Below the pieces are notes generated by a model. That model had not been told where the DNA came from, did no database searches, and saw nothing but the letters and a program-made list of their open reading frames with translations. Both the position numbers and the translations under genes were made by a program. Source: Azonexus sp. (GTDB lineage Bacteria > Pseudomonadota > Gammaproteobacteria > Burkholderiales > Rhodocyclaceae). Taken from it: a stretch of 64,000 nt of DNA. Where the stretch lies: contig JBEOKN010000068.1 in assembly GCA_040275885.1 (NCBI GenBank), positions 3,263-67,262 of the forward strand, read 5' to 3'. Every line of letters starts with the position of its first letter. The first letter of the stretch is position 1. Positions 53,295-63,169 of the stretch are shown one piece after another.

Positions 53295-55346
53295 TTGCTG
53301 ATGCCTTCCCTTTTTCGCCATATCTTCGCGCTGATGTCCCTGATCGCCGTTCTGGTGCCGGCAATGGCGGCGGGCGACCCGCCCGCTCGTGTCGGTCGAT
53401 TGTCGCTGGTCGATGGCAGCGTGACCTACCGCGGCAGTCAGCAGGACGGCGGCTCCCCGGCCCTGGTCAACTGGCCAGTCAGCAGCGGCGCCATCATTGA
53501 CACCGGGCGAGGCGCGAGGGCCGAGGCCTGGATCGGCTCGACGGCCTACCGGCTCGGTAGCGACAGCCAGGCGGAATTCGCCACGGTCGACGACCGTAAC
53601 GTCGACCTGCTTCTGCATGGCGGCACGCTGGCAGTCACCATTCGTGATCGCGACCAGGCGGACGATCTCGCTGTCACGACACCTGCCGGGCAAGTCCGCT
53701 TTTCCGGAACCGGCCGCTACCGTCTGGAGGTTGCGACCGACCGAACTACCATTGCGGCCCAGTCAGGCTCTGCGGAGATTTTCGCCAACGAACGCCCGGT
53801 TACCCTGCGCGCTGGCGAGATGGTCACCATCGATGGCCGCGGCGTGCTGATGATCGAAGCTGCCCGCTATGGGGACGACTTCGATACCTGGGTTTCGGCG
53901 CGCGACAACCGGGAAAAGTCGGCACAGGCACGGCGCAACGTGTCGCCCTACATGACCGGCTATGACGATCTCGACAGCCATGGCGACTGGAGCACGGCAG
54001 CAGACTATGGCACGGTTTGGTATCCAAGGGCGGTAACCGCCGACTGGGCGCCGTACCGTTATGGTCGCTGGGCTTGGGTCGTGCCCTGGGGGTGGACCTG
54101 GGTCGACGCCGCCCCTTGGGGTTTCGCCCCGTTCCACTACGGGCGCTGGGTTCAGATCCGGGGCCGCTGGGGCTGGGCCCCCGGCACCTACATCGCCCGC
54201 CCGGTCTATGCGCCGGCACTGGTTGGCTGGGTCGGCAATCCGGGCTGGAGCGCCAGTTTCAGTTCGGGTTCGAGCCCCGCAGTCGGCTGGTTCCCGCTGG
54301 CTCCACGTGAAGTCTATGTGCCGGCATATCGCACCAGCCCGACGTACATCCGGCAGGTCAATGTCACGCACGTCAAGAATGCTGCGGACATCGATCAGGC
54401 ACTGCGGCCCGACTACCGGCCGAACTACGTACACTACGGGCAGCCGCATGCCGTCACCGTGGTCCCGACGGGCACGCTCCGCGATGGCCGTCGGATCGAC
54501 CGGGCAGCCATTCGCCCGCATGACAGCCATGAACTCGGGCAGGCTCCGGCAGCGGCGCGGGCGCCCGGCAGCGAGTGGCTGGCGCCCGGTGCCGGCGCGG
54601 CGCGCCCGGGCCGCCACGTGGACGAGGAGCGACGTCCTTCCACGCCGCTTCCGGGATTGTCGGAGCGAACGCCGCAACCGGCCATGCGGGCGCCGCAGGC
54701 CAACCCCGAGGCGCAGCAGCCTGTCCGCATGCCTGAATCGGGGCCGCGCTTCCCCGGGCAGGATGCTTCGCGTGCCACTCCGAACAACGGCCGCAACCTG
54801 GAGAACCGCGGCCGCTTTCCTTTCCAGGAGGAACGCCAGCCGGGCAGGGCAGGGCCGGGCCCGTCGGCGATCCCGGAAGCACCCCAGGTAGAACGCCGCT
54901 CCCGCCAGACGCCGGTGATGCCCTCTTTGTCGCCCGCGCCGGAGCCGTCGCGCCTAGCGCCACCGCCAATGCGCGAAATGCAGCAGCCGGGGACAGCTGC
55001 CCCGGATCTCCGCCGCGAGACGTTCCGACAGGCGCCAGCGCAGGAGCGCCCGGCGATGCCCATGGTGGGTGAGACAGGCAGGTCGATGCAGATGCCGTCC
55101 ACTTCCGGTCCAATGCGCGAGATGCCGCAACCGGCTCCCGCGCCACGCGAACCGCGCCGCGAATCGATGCCGCACGAACGGCCGCCTGCACCGATGCTGC
55201 GCGAGGCGCCAAGGCCCGTGCCACCACCGCCAGGCGCGATGCGCGAAATGTCGCGTCCCGAGGCACGACCGGCGGGACAGGGCGATCGGGATCGCGGAGG
55301 AAGTCCCGGCCACAGCGAGAACCGGGGGGAAAGGGGAATGCAGTAG
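53295..55346 (+). CDS. Exported FecR-like / DUF6600-like protein with a long Pro/Arg-rich C-terminal tail
   Basis: Signal peptide (...PAMAAGDPPARVGRLS), FecR-like beta domain, Trp/Gly/Tyr-rich YGxVWYP...WAPYRYGRWAWV.PWGWTWVD..PWGFAPFHYGRW, low-complexity tail. Confidence 0.75.
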   Translation: MLMPSLFRHIFALMSLIAVLVPAMAAGDPPARVGRLSLVDGSVTYRGSQQDGGSPALVNWPVSSGAIIDTGRGARAEAWIGSTAYRLGSDSQAEFATVDDRNVDLLLHGGTLAVTIRDRDQADDLAVTTPAGQVRFSGTGRYRLEVATDRTTIAAQSGSAEIFANERPVTLRAGEMVTIDGRGVLMIEAARYGDDFDTWVSARDNREKSAQARRNVSPYMTGYDDLDSHGDWSTAADYGTVWYPRAVTADWAPYRYGRWAWVVPWGWTWVDAAPWGFAPFHYGRWVQIRGRWGWAPGTYIARPVYAPALVGWVGNPGWSASFSSGSSPAVGWFPLAPREVYVPAYRTSPTYIRQVNVTHVKNAADIDQALRPDYRPNYVHYGQPHAVTVVPTGTLRDGRRIDRAAIRPHDSHELGQAPAAARAPGSEWLAPGAGAARPGRHVDEERRPSTPLPGLSERTPQPAMRAPQANPEAQQPVRMPESGPRFPGQDASRATPNNGRNLENRGRFPFQEERQPGRAGPGPSAIPEAPQVERRSRQTPVMPSLSPAPEPSRLAPPPMREMQQPGTAAPDLRRETFRQAPAQERPAMPMVGETGRSMQMPSTSGPMREMPQPAPAPREPRRESMPHERPPAPMLREAPRPVPPPPGAMREMSRPEARPAGQGDRDRGGSPGHSENRGERGMQ

Positions 55347-55349
55347 CCC

Positions 55350-55380
55350 GACCGCACCACCTCTGGAACGCAGTCGGGGC
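55350..55380. terminator. Hairpin between convergent FecR-like gene and livF
   Basis: CCCGAC...GTCGGG inverted repeat; large loop and no clear U-tract. Confidence 0.3.
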
Positions 55381-55382
55381 CT

Positions 55383-56150
55383 TCAGTCCTTCTTGTGCCC
55401 GAGGCCGAGGTAGCTCTCGATGACGCGCGGGTCGGCCGCCAGTTCGCCGCTCGGACCGGCCAGCGATACCTCGCCGGTTTCCAGCACATAGCCGTAGTCG
55501 GCAATGTGCAGGGCGGCGCGGGCGTTTTGTTCAATCAACAGGATGGCGACACCCGTTTGCTTGAGTTCGGCGATGATGCGGAAGATCTCCTTGATGATCA
55601 GCGGCGCCAGCCCGAGACTGGGTTCGTCGAGCATCAGCAGCCTGGGCTTGGCCATCAACGCGCGGCCCATGGCCAGCATCTGGCGCTCGCCGCCGGAGAG
55701 CGTGCCGGCGAGCTGGCCACGGCGCTCTTCGAGGCGCGGGAATAACTCGAACACCTCGTCCATGGTTTCCATGTGGTCACGGTGACCGGTACGGTAGCGA
55801 TCGAAAGCGCCGAGCACCAGATTGTCCTCGACGCTCATCTCGGCGAACAGCTCGCGCTTTTCCGGGACCAGCGTCATTCCGTGGCGCACCAGGTGTTCGA
55901 CCTCCCGTTCCCGACCTTGGACCTGCCCCATATAGACGATGCTGCCAATGGCCGGCAGCAACCCCATCAATGCCAGCAGCAGCGTCGTCTTGCCGGCGCC
56001 ATTGGGGCCGATGACGGTAACGATCTCGCCGCGCCGGATGGTCAGACTGACATCATGCAAGGCCTCGATCTTGCTGTAGGAGACAGACAGGTTCTTCACT
56101 TCGAGGATGGTTTCGTGCTCATGCAGGTGAGGATGTTTGGTCACCATCAA
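55383..56150 (-). CDS. livF: HAAT ABC transporter ATPase (LivF-like)
   Basis: [44 protein letters not shown]. Confidence 0.9.
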   Translation of the reverse strand: MMVTKHPHLHEHETILEVKNLSVSYSKIEALHDVSLTIRRGEIVTVIGPNGAGKTTLLLALMGLLPAIGSIVYMGQVQGREREVEHLVRHGMTLVPEKRELFAEMSVEDNLVLGAFDRYRTGHRDHMETMDEVFELFPRLEERRGQLAGTLSGGERQMLAMGRALMAKPRLLMLDEPSLGLAPLIIKEIFRIIAELKQTGVAILLIEQNARAALHIADYGYVLETGEVSLAGPSGELAADPRVIESYLGLGHKKD

Positions 56151-58996
56151 TCCACACCCCCAAGGTAGGCTTCGAGAACCTTCGGGTCGCGCTGGACCTC
56201 CTCCGGCCTGCCCTCGGCGATCTTCTCGCCGAACTCCATGACGACAACGCGGTCGGCCAGCCCCATGACGAAATCCATGTCGTGCTCGACGAGCAAAATG
56301 CCCATGCCTTCGGCGCGCAGTTTGCGCAACAATTCGCCCAGCGACTGTTTTTCCATGTAGCGCAGGCCGGCAGCCGGCTCGTCGAGAAGCAGCAGGCAGG
56401 GGTCGGAGGCCAGCGCCCGCGCAATTTCAACGATGCGCTGCTGGCCGAGCGACAGACTGCCGGCGGGATCGAACGTGCGGTCGCCAAGGCCGACCCGTTC
56501 GATCTGGCGAACCGCCTCGGCGATCAGTCGATGTTCCTCGCCACGATCCAGACGCAGCGCCGCGGAAATGAAGCCCTTGCGGCCACGCAGGTGAGCGCCG
56601 ATGGCGACGTTTTCCAGAACCGACATCTGACCGAGCAGGCGAACGTGCTGAAAAGTGCGACTCATGCCACGGCGGGCGATTTCGCGCGCGGCGAGGGCTT
56701 CCGTCGACTCGCCAAGAAAGGCAATCTTCCCCGTTGTTGCCGGGTTGGCCGCAGAAATGCAGTTGAACATCGTGCTCTTGCCGGCACCGTTCGGGCCGAT
56801 CAGCGCCATGACCTCGCCGGCCTTCACGGTCAGCGCCATGTTGTTATTGGCGACAAGGCCGCCGAAGCGCTTGGTGACCTCGCTCGCATCGAGAAGCAGG
56901 ACGCCGGGTGCGGTCGACCCGCGTTTGGGGAGCATTTCCGCCGGCACAATTTCACGGCGCAGGGTACGGACCGGCAGCAGGCGCATGATCAGCGGCCACA
57001 TCCCGGCGCGCGCCTTCTGCAGGATGAGGACCATGGCGACGCCGAAAACAATGATCTCGAAATTGCCGCTTTGGCCAAAAATCTGTGGCAGCCAGTCCTG
57101 CAGCCACTGCTTGAGAATGGTGATCAGACCAGCCCCGAGAACGGCGCCCCAGACGTTGCCAATGCCGCCGACGACGGCCATGAACAGGTATTCGATTCCC
57201 TGCGTAAGCGAGAACGGAGTCGGGTTCACAAAGCGCTGCAGATGGGCGTAAAGCCAGCCGGAAACGCTCGCCAGCAGCGCCGCGAGCAGAAATATCTTGA
57301 TCTTGGTGCGCTGGGTGTCGACGCCCATCGCCTCGGCCATCACGATACCCCCGGGGAGCGCCCTGATCGCCCGGCCTTCGCGCGAATCGAGCAGATTCCG
57401 GATAGCGACGATCGCGAGCAACAGGACGATCCAGATAAGGTAGTAGAAATCACGACCCGATTTCAGCTCCCAGCCGAACAGCCCCACCGGCGGAATGCCG
57501 GTGATACCGGTGTGACCGCCGAGAAAGTCGACATTGCCGAACAGGAAGTACAGGCTGATGCCCCAGGCGATGGTGCCCAGCGGCAGGTAATGGCCGCCCA
57601 TGCGCAGCGTGATGAAGCCGAGGAAGCACGCCACGGCGCCGGTGACGGCGAGTCCGATGAACAGTGTGACCCAAGGCGAGAAGCCATGGGTCGTGGTCAG
57701 CCATGCCGTCGTGTAGGCGCCGAGTCCGACAAACGCTGCCTGCCCGAAGGAGGTGAGGCCACCGACGCCGGTCAGCAACACCAGACCCACCGCGACGATG
57801 GCATAGAGTCCGATGTAGTTGAGCAGCGTGACCGAGAATTCAGGCAGCACCTGGGGAGCCAGCAGCAACAGGCCAACGAAGACGGCGAACGGCAGATACC
57901 GGCGCCAGCGGCTGGCAATCTGCGAATGCCGGGGGTCAGCGCTGACGATGTCGGTGTGCTCATCGTCGTCCTCGGCGTGGTGCGCGGTCAGCGAGCGCCA
58001 CAGCAGCACCGGGATGATCAGCGTGAACACGATCACTTCCTTGAAGGCGCTGGCGTAGAAGGAGGAATAGGATTCGAGCAGGCCGACCAGCAGGGCGCCG
58101 AGGGCGGCGACCGGATAGGAGGCGAGGCCGCCGATGATGGCGCCGACGAAGCCCTTGAGGCCGATCAGGAAGCCGGAATCATAGTAAATGGTCGTGATCG
58201 GCGCGATCAGGATCCCCGAGAAGGCGCCGATCGCCGCCGCGAAGGTGAAGCACAGCTTGCCGGCAAGTGCCGGGGGGATGCCCATCAGGCGGGCTCCCGT
58301 CCGGTTCATCGCGGTGGCGCGCAGCGCCTTGCCGTAGATGGTGCGCTCGAAGAAGAAATAAAGGCCGATGATCAGCAGCGCCGAGGCGACGACGACAAGA
58401 ACGGTCTGCCCCTGCAACGGAGCGTCCGCCAACTCGAAGCTGATGTCGGTGAACACTGGCGTCCGTGAACCCTCGGCGCCGAAGAACAGCAGGCCGAGTC
58501 CGATCAGCGCCAGGTGGACGGCCACCGAGACAATCAGCAGCACGAGCACCGAAGCGCTGGCGACCGGCTGGTAGGCAAGGCGATAGATCATCGGCCCCAG
58601 CGGCACCACCAGCAGCATGGAGATCACGACCTGCAGCGACAGCGGCAACTGGGTCGGCGGCACGGCGAACAGGCCGCCGGCAAAGGCCAGCGGAATCCCG
58701 ATGTTGTAGATCAGCAAGGGCGGCAACTTGCGAAAACTTCGCTCGCGCAGGAGACGGAAGCCATCGATGACAGCTATGGCCGCACCGAGCGAAAGCAGCA
58801 ACCAGATCGTGCCCGGCACCTTGCCGGCCTGCAGCGAAGCCAGCGTCAGCGCGCCGTAGGCGACGAACTCCCCCTGCGGAATGAAGATCGCGCGGGTGAC
58901 CGCGAACACCAGCACGAGCGCCAGCGCCAGCAGGGCGTAGATGGCGCCGTTGGTGATGCCATCCTGGCCAAGGAGAAGGAATATCTGCAGGTCCAT
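56147..58996 (-). CDS. Fused HAAT permease-permease-ATPase (LivH-LivM-LivG)
   Basis: [15 protein letters not shown] (LivH); [32 protein letters not shown] (LivM); [32 protein letters not shown] (LivG); one uninterrupted 949-aa frame. Confidence 0.88.
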   Translation of the reverse strand: MDLQIFLLLGQDGITNGAIYALLALALVLVFAVTRAIFIPQGEFVAYGALTLASLQAGKVPGTIWLLLSLGAAIAVIDGFRLLRERSFRKLPPLLIYNIGIPLAFAGGLFAVPPTQLPLSLQVVISMLLVVPLGPMIYRLAYQPVASASVLVLLIVSVAVHLALIGLGLLFFGAEGSRTPVFTDISFELADAPLQGQTVLVVVASALLIIGLYFFFERTIYGKALRATAMNRTGARLMGIPPALAGKLCFTFAAAIGAFSGILIAPITTIYYDSGFLIGLKGFVGAIIGGLASYPVAALGALLVGLLESYSSFYASAFKEVIVFTLIIPVLLWRSLTAHHAEDDDEHTDIVSADPRHSQIASRWRRYLPFAVFVGLLLLAPQVLPEFSVTLLNYIGLYAIVAVGLVLLTGVGGLTSFGQAAFVGLGAYTTAWLTTTHGFSPWVTLFIGLAVTGAVACFLGFITLRMGGHYLPLGTIAWGISLYFLFGNVDFLGGHTGITGIPPVGLFGWELKSGRDFYYLIWIVLLLAIVAIRNLLDSREGRAIRALPGGIVMAEAMGVDTQRTKIKIFLLAALLASVSGWLYAHLQRFVNPTPFSLTQGIEYLFMAVVGGIGNVWGAVLGAGLITILKQWLQDWLPQIFGQSGNFEIIVFGVAMVLILQKARAGMWPLIMRLLPVRTLRREIVPAEMLPKRGSTAPGVLLLDASEVTKRFGGLVANNNMALTVKAGEVMALIGPNGAGKSTMFNCISAANPATTGKIAFLGESTEALAAREIARRGMSRTFQHVRLLGQMSVLENVAIGAHLRGRKGFISAALRLDRGEEHRLIAEAVRQIERVGLGDRTFDPAGSLSLGQQRIVEIARALASDPCLLLLDEPAAGLRYMEKQSLGELLRKLRAEGMGILLVEHDMDFVMGLADRVVVMEFGEKIAEGRPEEVQRDPKVLEAYLGGVD

Positions 58997-59100
58997 GGAT
59001 CAGGGCAACCGGCAGCGCCAGGCGTTCGCGGGGCGCGCTGCCAAGTCAGGCCGCAAGCGACACCAACGAAACGGGGCTACCGGCACAGAAATGACCGCCG

Positions 59101-59253
59101 TCATGCTCGGAGCAAGCGGGGAATCGTGTTCTCTTCCGGGATGCCGGGTGACGCCGCCGGACCAGTTGCCGAAGCTGGCATGCTGAGGATCATTTCGGCG
59201 AAAGCGGCAGCGGGAAGCGCGGCCAGAGCAACCTCAGTCAGCTTCTTGAACAC
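59101..59253 (-). CDS. Candidate 50-aa sORF with a Sec signal peptide (below the ORF-track cutoff)
   Basis: GTG start, GGTGA SD-like motif 6 nt upstream; MFKKLTEVALAALPAAAFA|EMILSMPASATGPAASPGIPEENTIPRLLRA. Confidence 0.35.
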   Translation of the reverse strand: MFKKLTEVALAALPAAAFAEMILSMPASATGPAASPGIPEENTIPRLLRA

Positions 59254-59335
59254 GTCTTGTCACCGGAGGAGATCAAAGCCGGCAGTCTACCACGCAGCGC
59301 AACCCGCGCCAGGCTGCGCTGCGGGTCGAAGCAAT

Positions 59336-60475
59336 TTACTTCATCAGCTTCCAGGTGCCGTTTTCCACCTTGACCATGACCCGGGCGCGCTGGTCGAAAC
59401 CAAGATGGTCGGTCGGGCTCATGTTGAAGACGCCGTGCGCAACCGGCAGATTCCTGACACCTTCAAGCGCATCGCGCAGGGCGGCACGAAATTCCTTGCT
59501 GCCCGGTTGCGCCTTTTTCATTGCCACCGGTGCGGCCGTGGCCAGCAGCAGGCCGGCATCCCAGGCGTGGGCGCCGAAGGTGGACACCGTCCCTTTGCCC
59601 TGAGCGGCTTCGTACTTGTTCACGTATTCCATGGCAGATTTCTTGACCGGGTGATCGGCCGGCAGCTGGTCGGCGACAAGGACCGGGCCCGCCGGCAGCA
59701 AGGTGCCTTCGCAGTCCTTGCCGCAGACGCGCAGGAAGTCGGCATTGGCGACACCGTGCGTCTGGTAGATCTGGCCCTTGTAGCCCTTTTCCTTGAGCGA
59801 TTTCTGCGGCAGCGCGGCCGGCGTGCCGGCGCCGCCGATAAGCACCGCATCCGGCTTGGCGGCAAGTATCTTGAGGACCTGGCCGGTAACCGAGGTATCG
59901 GTGCGGTTGAAACGCTCGTTCGCCACCAGGGTGATCTTGCGCGCCTCGGCGATCTTCGAGAACTCGTTCCACCAGCCTTCGCCATAGGCGTCGGAGAAGC
60001 CGATATAGGCGACGGTCTTCACATTGTTGTTGGTCATGCTCTCGACGATGGCGGTCGACATCTGCGCATCGTTCTGCGGTGTCTTGAAGACCCATTTCTT
60101 CTTGTCGTCCATCGGTTCGACGATGCGCGCCGAAGCGGCCATCGAGATCATCGGCGTTTCGGTCTCGGCGGCGACGTCGATCATCGCCAGCGAATTGGGC
60201 GTCGTCGTCGAGCCGATCACGACATCGACCTTGTTCTCGCTGATCAACTTCCTTGCGTTCTTGACAGCGGTCGTCGTGTCGGAAGCATCGTCGAGGACAA
60301 TGTAATTGACCTTCTGCCCGCCGATCGTCTTCGGCAGCAGGTCGATGGTGTTCTTCTCGGGAATGCCCAGCGATGCCGCCGGGCCCGTCGCCGAAAGCGT
60401 CACGCCGACATTGAGATCAGCCAGGGCGGTTGCAGCAAGCGCCGAAAGCAGTGTGGCAACGATTGTCTTCTTCAT
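59336..60475 (-). CDS. HAAT ABC substrate-binding protein (LivK-like, aromatic-acid-binding type)
   Basis: MKKTIV signal, SATGPAASLGIPEKNT, LDDASD, WVFKTPQND, YQTHGVAN, DHLGFD. Confidence 0.88.
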   Translation of the reverse strand: MKKTIVATLLSALAATALADLNVGVTLSATGPAASLGIPEKNTIDLLPKTIGGQKVNYIVLDDASDTTTAVKNARKLISENKVDVVIGSTTTPNSLAMIDVAAETETPMISMAASARIVEPMDDKKKWVFKTPQNDAQMSTAIVESMTNNNVKTVAYIGFSDAYGEGWWNEFSKIAEARKITLVANERFNRTDTSVTGQVLKILAAKPDAVLIGGAGTPAALPQKSLKEKGYKGQIYQTHGVANADFLRVCGKDCEGTLLPAGPVLVADQLPADHPVKKSAMEYVNKYEAAQGKGTVSTFGAHAWDAGLLLATAAPVAMKKAQPGSKEFRAALRDALEGVRNLPVAHGVFNMSPTDHLGFDQRARVMVKVENGTWKLMK

Positions 60476-60597
60476 TTGTCTCCCCATTCATGAATCGATT
60501 ACGCAAGATTCGAACCCTATTACCATCCGGACTTGAGTGCAAGCAGCACGCTGAGACAGGCGTGGTAAAGTTTGGCTTTTGACGAATGGTGTATCGC

Positions 60598-61194
60598 ATG
60601 TTCTCCGGAATCATCGCCGCAGTCGGCCGCATCACCCACCTGACCGCGCGTGAGGCGGGATTCCGTCTTCACATCGAAGGCGGCAAGCTCGGCCTCGATG
60701 ACGTCGCCCTCGGGGACTCCATCGCCTGCAACGGGGTCTGCCTGACCGTTGTCGGAAAGGACGCCAATCGTTTCATGGTCGATGTCTCGCCGGAGACGCT
60801 GTCCTGCACGGTGGGCCTCGATGCGCCGGGAGAGATCAACCTGGAAAAGGCGCTGCGGCTGATGGACCGCCTCGGCGGTCACCTGGTTTCGGGGCACGTC
60901 GACGGCGTCGGCGTGGTGCTGCGCTTCGACCCGGTCGGCGACAACCGCCTGCTGGAAATCTGCGCCCCCGAGGAACTGGCAAGATTCATCGCGCGCAAAG
61001 GCTCGATCACCATCAATGGCACGAGCCTGACCACGAACGAGGTCGCCGGCGAAATCTTCACCATCAATCTGATTCCGCACACGCTGGAGAACACGACGCT
61101 GCACACTCTGAAGGTGGGCAGCCGGGTCAATATGGAAGTGGATCTCATCGCACGCTATTGCGAGCGACTGCTGAGCGCGGAACGCGATGACTGA
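60598..61194 (+). CDS. ribE: Riboflavin synthase (alpha)
   Basis: MFSGII, GDSIACNGVCLTV, NLEKAL, GGHLVSGHVDG, KGSITINGTSLT, VNMEVD. Confidence 0.95.
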   Translation: MFSGIIAAVGRITHLTAREAGFRLHIEGGKLGLDDVALGDSIACNGVCLTVVGKDANRFMVDVSPETLSCTVGLDAPGEINLEKALRLMDRLGGHLVSGHVDGVGVVLRFDPVGDNRLLEICAPEELARFIARKGSITINGTSLTTNEVAGEIFTINLIPHTLENTTLHTLKVGSRVNMEVDLIARYCERLLSAERDD

Positions 61195-62275
61195 GCAGTC
61201 CGTGCCTTCACGCACGGAAGCGCAGCAGCGCGTCGATGACATTCATACCTTCCGGAATGAATTCGCGCGCCTCGCCGACGAGGGCGTGCTGCGGCTGGAC
61301 GCTGCGCAGCAGGCGGCGCTGGACAAACATCACGAACGCCTGCTCGCTGAATTTGCCTCACTTTTTGACGTCGACCGCGACAGCCGCGCCAAGCAACTGT
61401 CGCTCGGCATGCGCGTCGCCTCCTTCCTCGGGGCGCTGGCGCTGGCGGCCAGTGTGTTCTTCTTGTTCTACCAGTTCTGGGGCCATTTCGGCGAAACAGC
61501 CCAGGTCGCCATCCTGATCGCCAGTTCGCTCGCCAGCTTCGGCCTGACGATATGGCTGCAGGCGCGCGACGCCACCGGCTACTTCACCAAGCTGGCCGCG
61601 CTGGTGGCCTTTGCCTGTTTCGTCCTGAACATCACGATGCTCGGCCAGATCTTCAACATCACGCCCTCGGACAAGGCGCTGCTGCCGTGGGCGGCGATGG
61701 CCTTCCTGCTCGCCTACACCTGCGACTTGCGCCTGCTGCTGGCGGGCGGCATCTGCTGCGTCATTGCCTGGGTCCAGGCGCGGGTCGGCACCTGGCACGG
61801 GGTCTACTGGCTGCATGCCGGCGAGCGCCCGGAGAACTTCTTCCCGGTCGCTGCGCTGCTCTTCGCCTTCCCGCTCCTCGTCACGCACCGGCGCTTCCCC
61901 GGCTTCGCGCCGCCGTACCGGATTTTCGGGCTGCTTTGCCTGTTCATCCCGATGCTCATCCTCAGCCACTGGGGACAGGCGAGCCACCTCGACCTCAACC
62001 ATGACCTGATCGAGGGCGGCTACCAGGTCGCCGGCTTCGTCGCCGCCACTCTTGTCATCTGGCTCGGGGCGCGCCGTGGCTGGCCGGAAACGGTGAACAC
62101 CGGCATCGTCTTCTTCGTCATCTTCCTCTACACCAAGTTCTACCAGTGGTGGTGGGAGTTCATGCCCAAGTACCTGTTCTTTCTGATGGTCGGGCTGACC
62201 GCCGTGCTGATTCTGCTCATCCTCAAGCGGCTGCGCCGGACGTTCCGGCCGTCGGCCGGGGAGGGCGCGCCATGA
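61187..62275 (+). CDS. DUF2157-like polytopic membrane protein
   Basis: AQQRVDDIHTFRNE...EGVL N-terminus, SFLGALALAAS, LGQIFNI, FLYTKFYQWWWE.MPKYLFF; about 10 TM. Confidence 0.75.
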   Translation: MTEQSVPSRTEAQQRVDDIHTFRNEFARLADEGVLRLDAAQQAALDKHHERLLAEFASLFDVDRDSRAKQLSLGMRVASFLGALALAASVFFLFYQFWGHFGETAQVAILIASSLASFGLTIWLQARDATGYFTKLAALVAFACFVLNITMLGQIFNITPSDKALLPWAAMAFLLAYTCDLRLLLAGGICCVIAWVQARVGTWHGVYWLHAGERPENFFPVAALLFAFPLLVTHRRFPGFAPPYRIFGLLCLFIPMLILSHWGQASHLDLNHDLIEGGYQVAGFVAATLVIWLGARRGWPETVNTGIVFFVIFLYTKFYQWWWEFMPKYLFFLMVGLTAVLILLILKRLRRTFRPSAGEGAP

Positions 62276-63129
62276 ACACCTGGTCACGCGGCCGCACCCT
62301 GGGCATCGGCGTCGGTTTGATCGTACTTGCCAACGCGGTGGCGCTGGGCGGCGTCTGGTGGAACCGTTCGGCCATCCCGGAGAGCGCGCTGACCCTGAGC
62401 GAGCGTGAGCTCGGATTGCCCTGGCGCACCCTGCGTTTCGCCGAGGACAGTGGCCTGTCGCTCAACCTGAACTGGCGCGTCAGCGGCCGTGAGGCGGGCG
62501 ATTTCGTCAGTGGTTACACGTTCAATGGCGGCACACCCGAATGGCTCGATGCCACGCACATGGCAGCACTGGGTTTCGCGCCCGACGACCTCGCTTCCGA
62601 TCGCGGACGCCAGCGCTACACACGGCAACTGCCGCGCGAGGTCGTTCTCGTCATGGAACTTGGCGGCCCAACGTGGCAGCAGGTGCTTGCCAGGGCCCGG
62701 GAAGATGCCGGCCGCCACGCTGCGGCGGCCGCCGCCAACGTCGGCAGCAAGCAGTTCGCCGACCGTGCCAAGCGCGCCAGCGACGAACTCGCACGCGAGG
62801 AAAACGCCAGCAGTCGCCTCTTCGTTATCGACGCCGGACTCGACGCCCGGCAGTTGCGCGAGAGATATCCCGACCGCAGCCGCTTTCTGCTGCTTTACGG
62901 AACCGTGCGGCCGGCCCTGCGCGATCGCGGCAGCGACGCTGCGCAGGCGACCGGCTACGTCTCCCGCATCAGTACGGGCCGTATTCATGTGCCGCACGCC
63001 CTGCGCGGACCGCTCGAATCGGCGCGTGCGGCGGGCGAACCCGGCGGTGGGGACCGTTTCAGCGCCCAACTTCTGGTTGGCCAGCGCCTTGAACCGTGGA
63101 TAGTCGAGTTGAAACCCGTCGCAAGATAG
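62272..63129 (+). CDS. DUF4824-like protein (one N-terminal TM plus a periplasmic domain)
   Basis: GVGLIVLANAVALGGVWWNRS, LTLSEREL, EDSGLSLNLNWR, SRLFVIDAG, VGQRLEPWI; ATGA overlap with the upstream gene. Confidence 0.7.
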   Translation: MNTWSRGRTLGIGVGLIVLANAVALGGVWWNRSAIPESALTLSERELGLPWRTLRFAEDSGLSLNLNWRVSGREAGDFVSGYTFNGGTPEWLDATHMAALGFAPDDLASDRGRQRYTRQLPREVVLVMELGGPTWQQVLARAREDAGRHAAAAAANVGSKQFADRAKRASDELAREENASSRLFVIDAGLDARQLRERYPDRSRFLLLYGTVRPALRDRGSDAAQATGYVSRISTGRIHVPHALRGPLESARAAGEPGGGDRFSAQLLVGQRLEPWIVELKPVAR

Positions 63130-63169
63130 GCAGCTGATGCCGTTTCCATCTTCACCTGAAGGATCCGCC

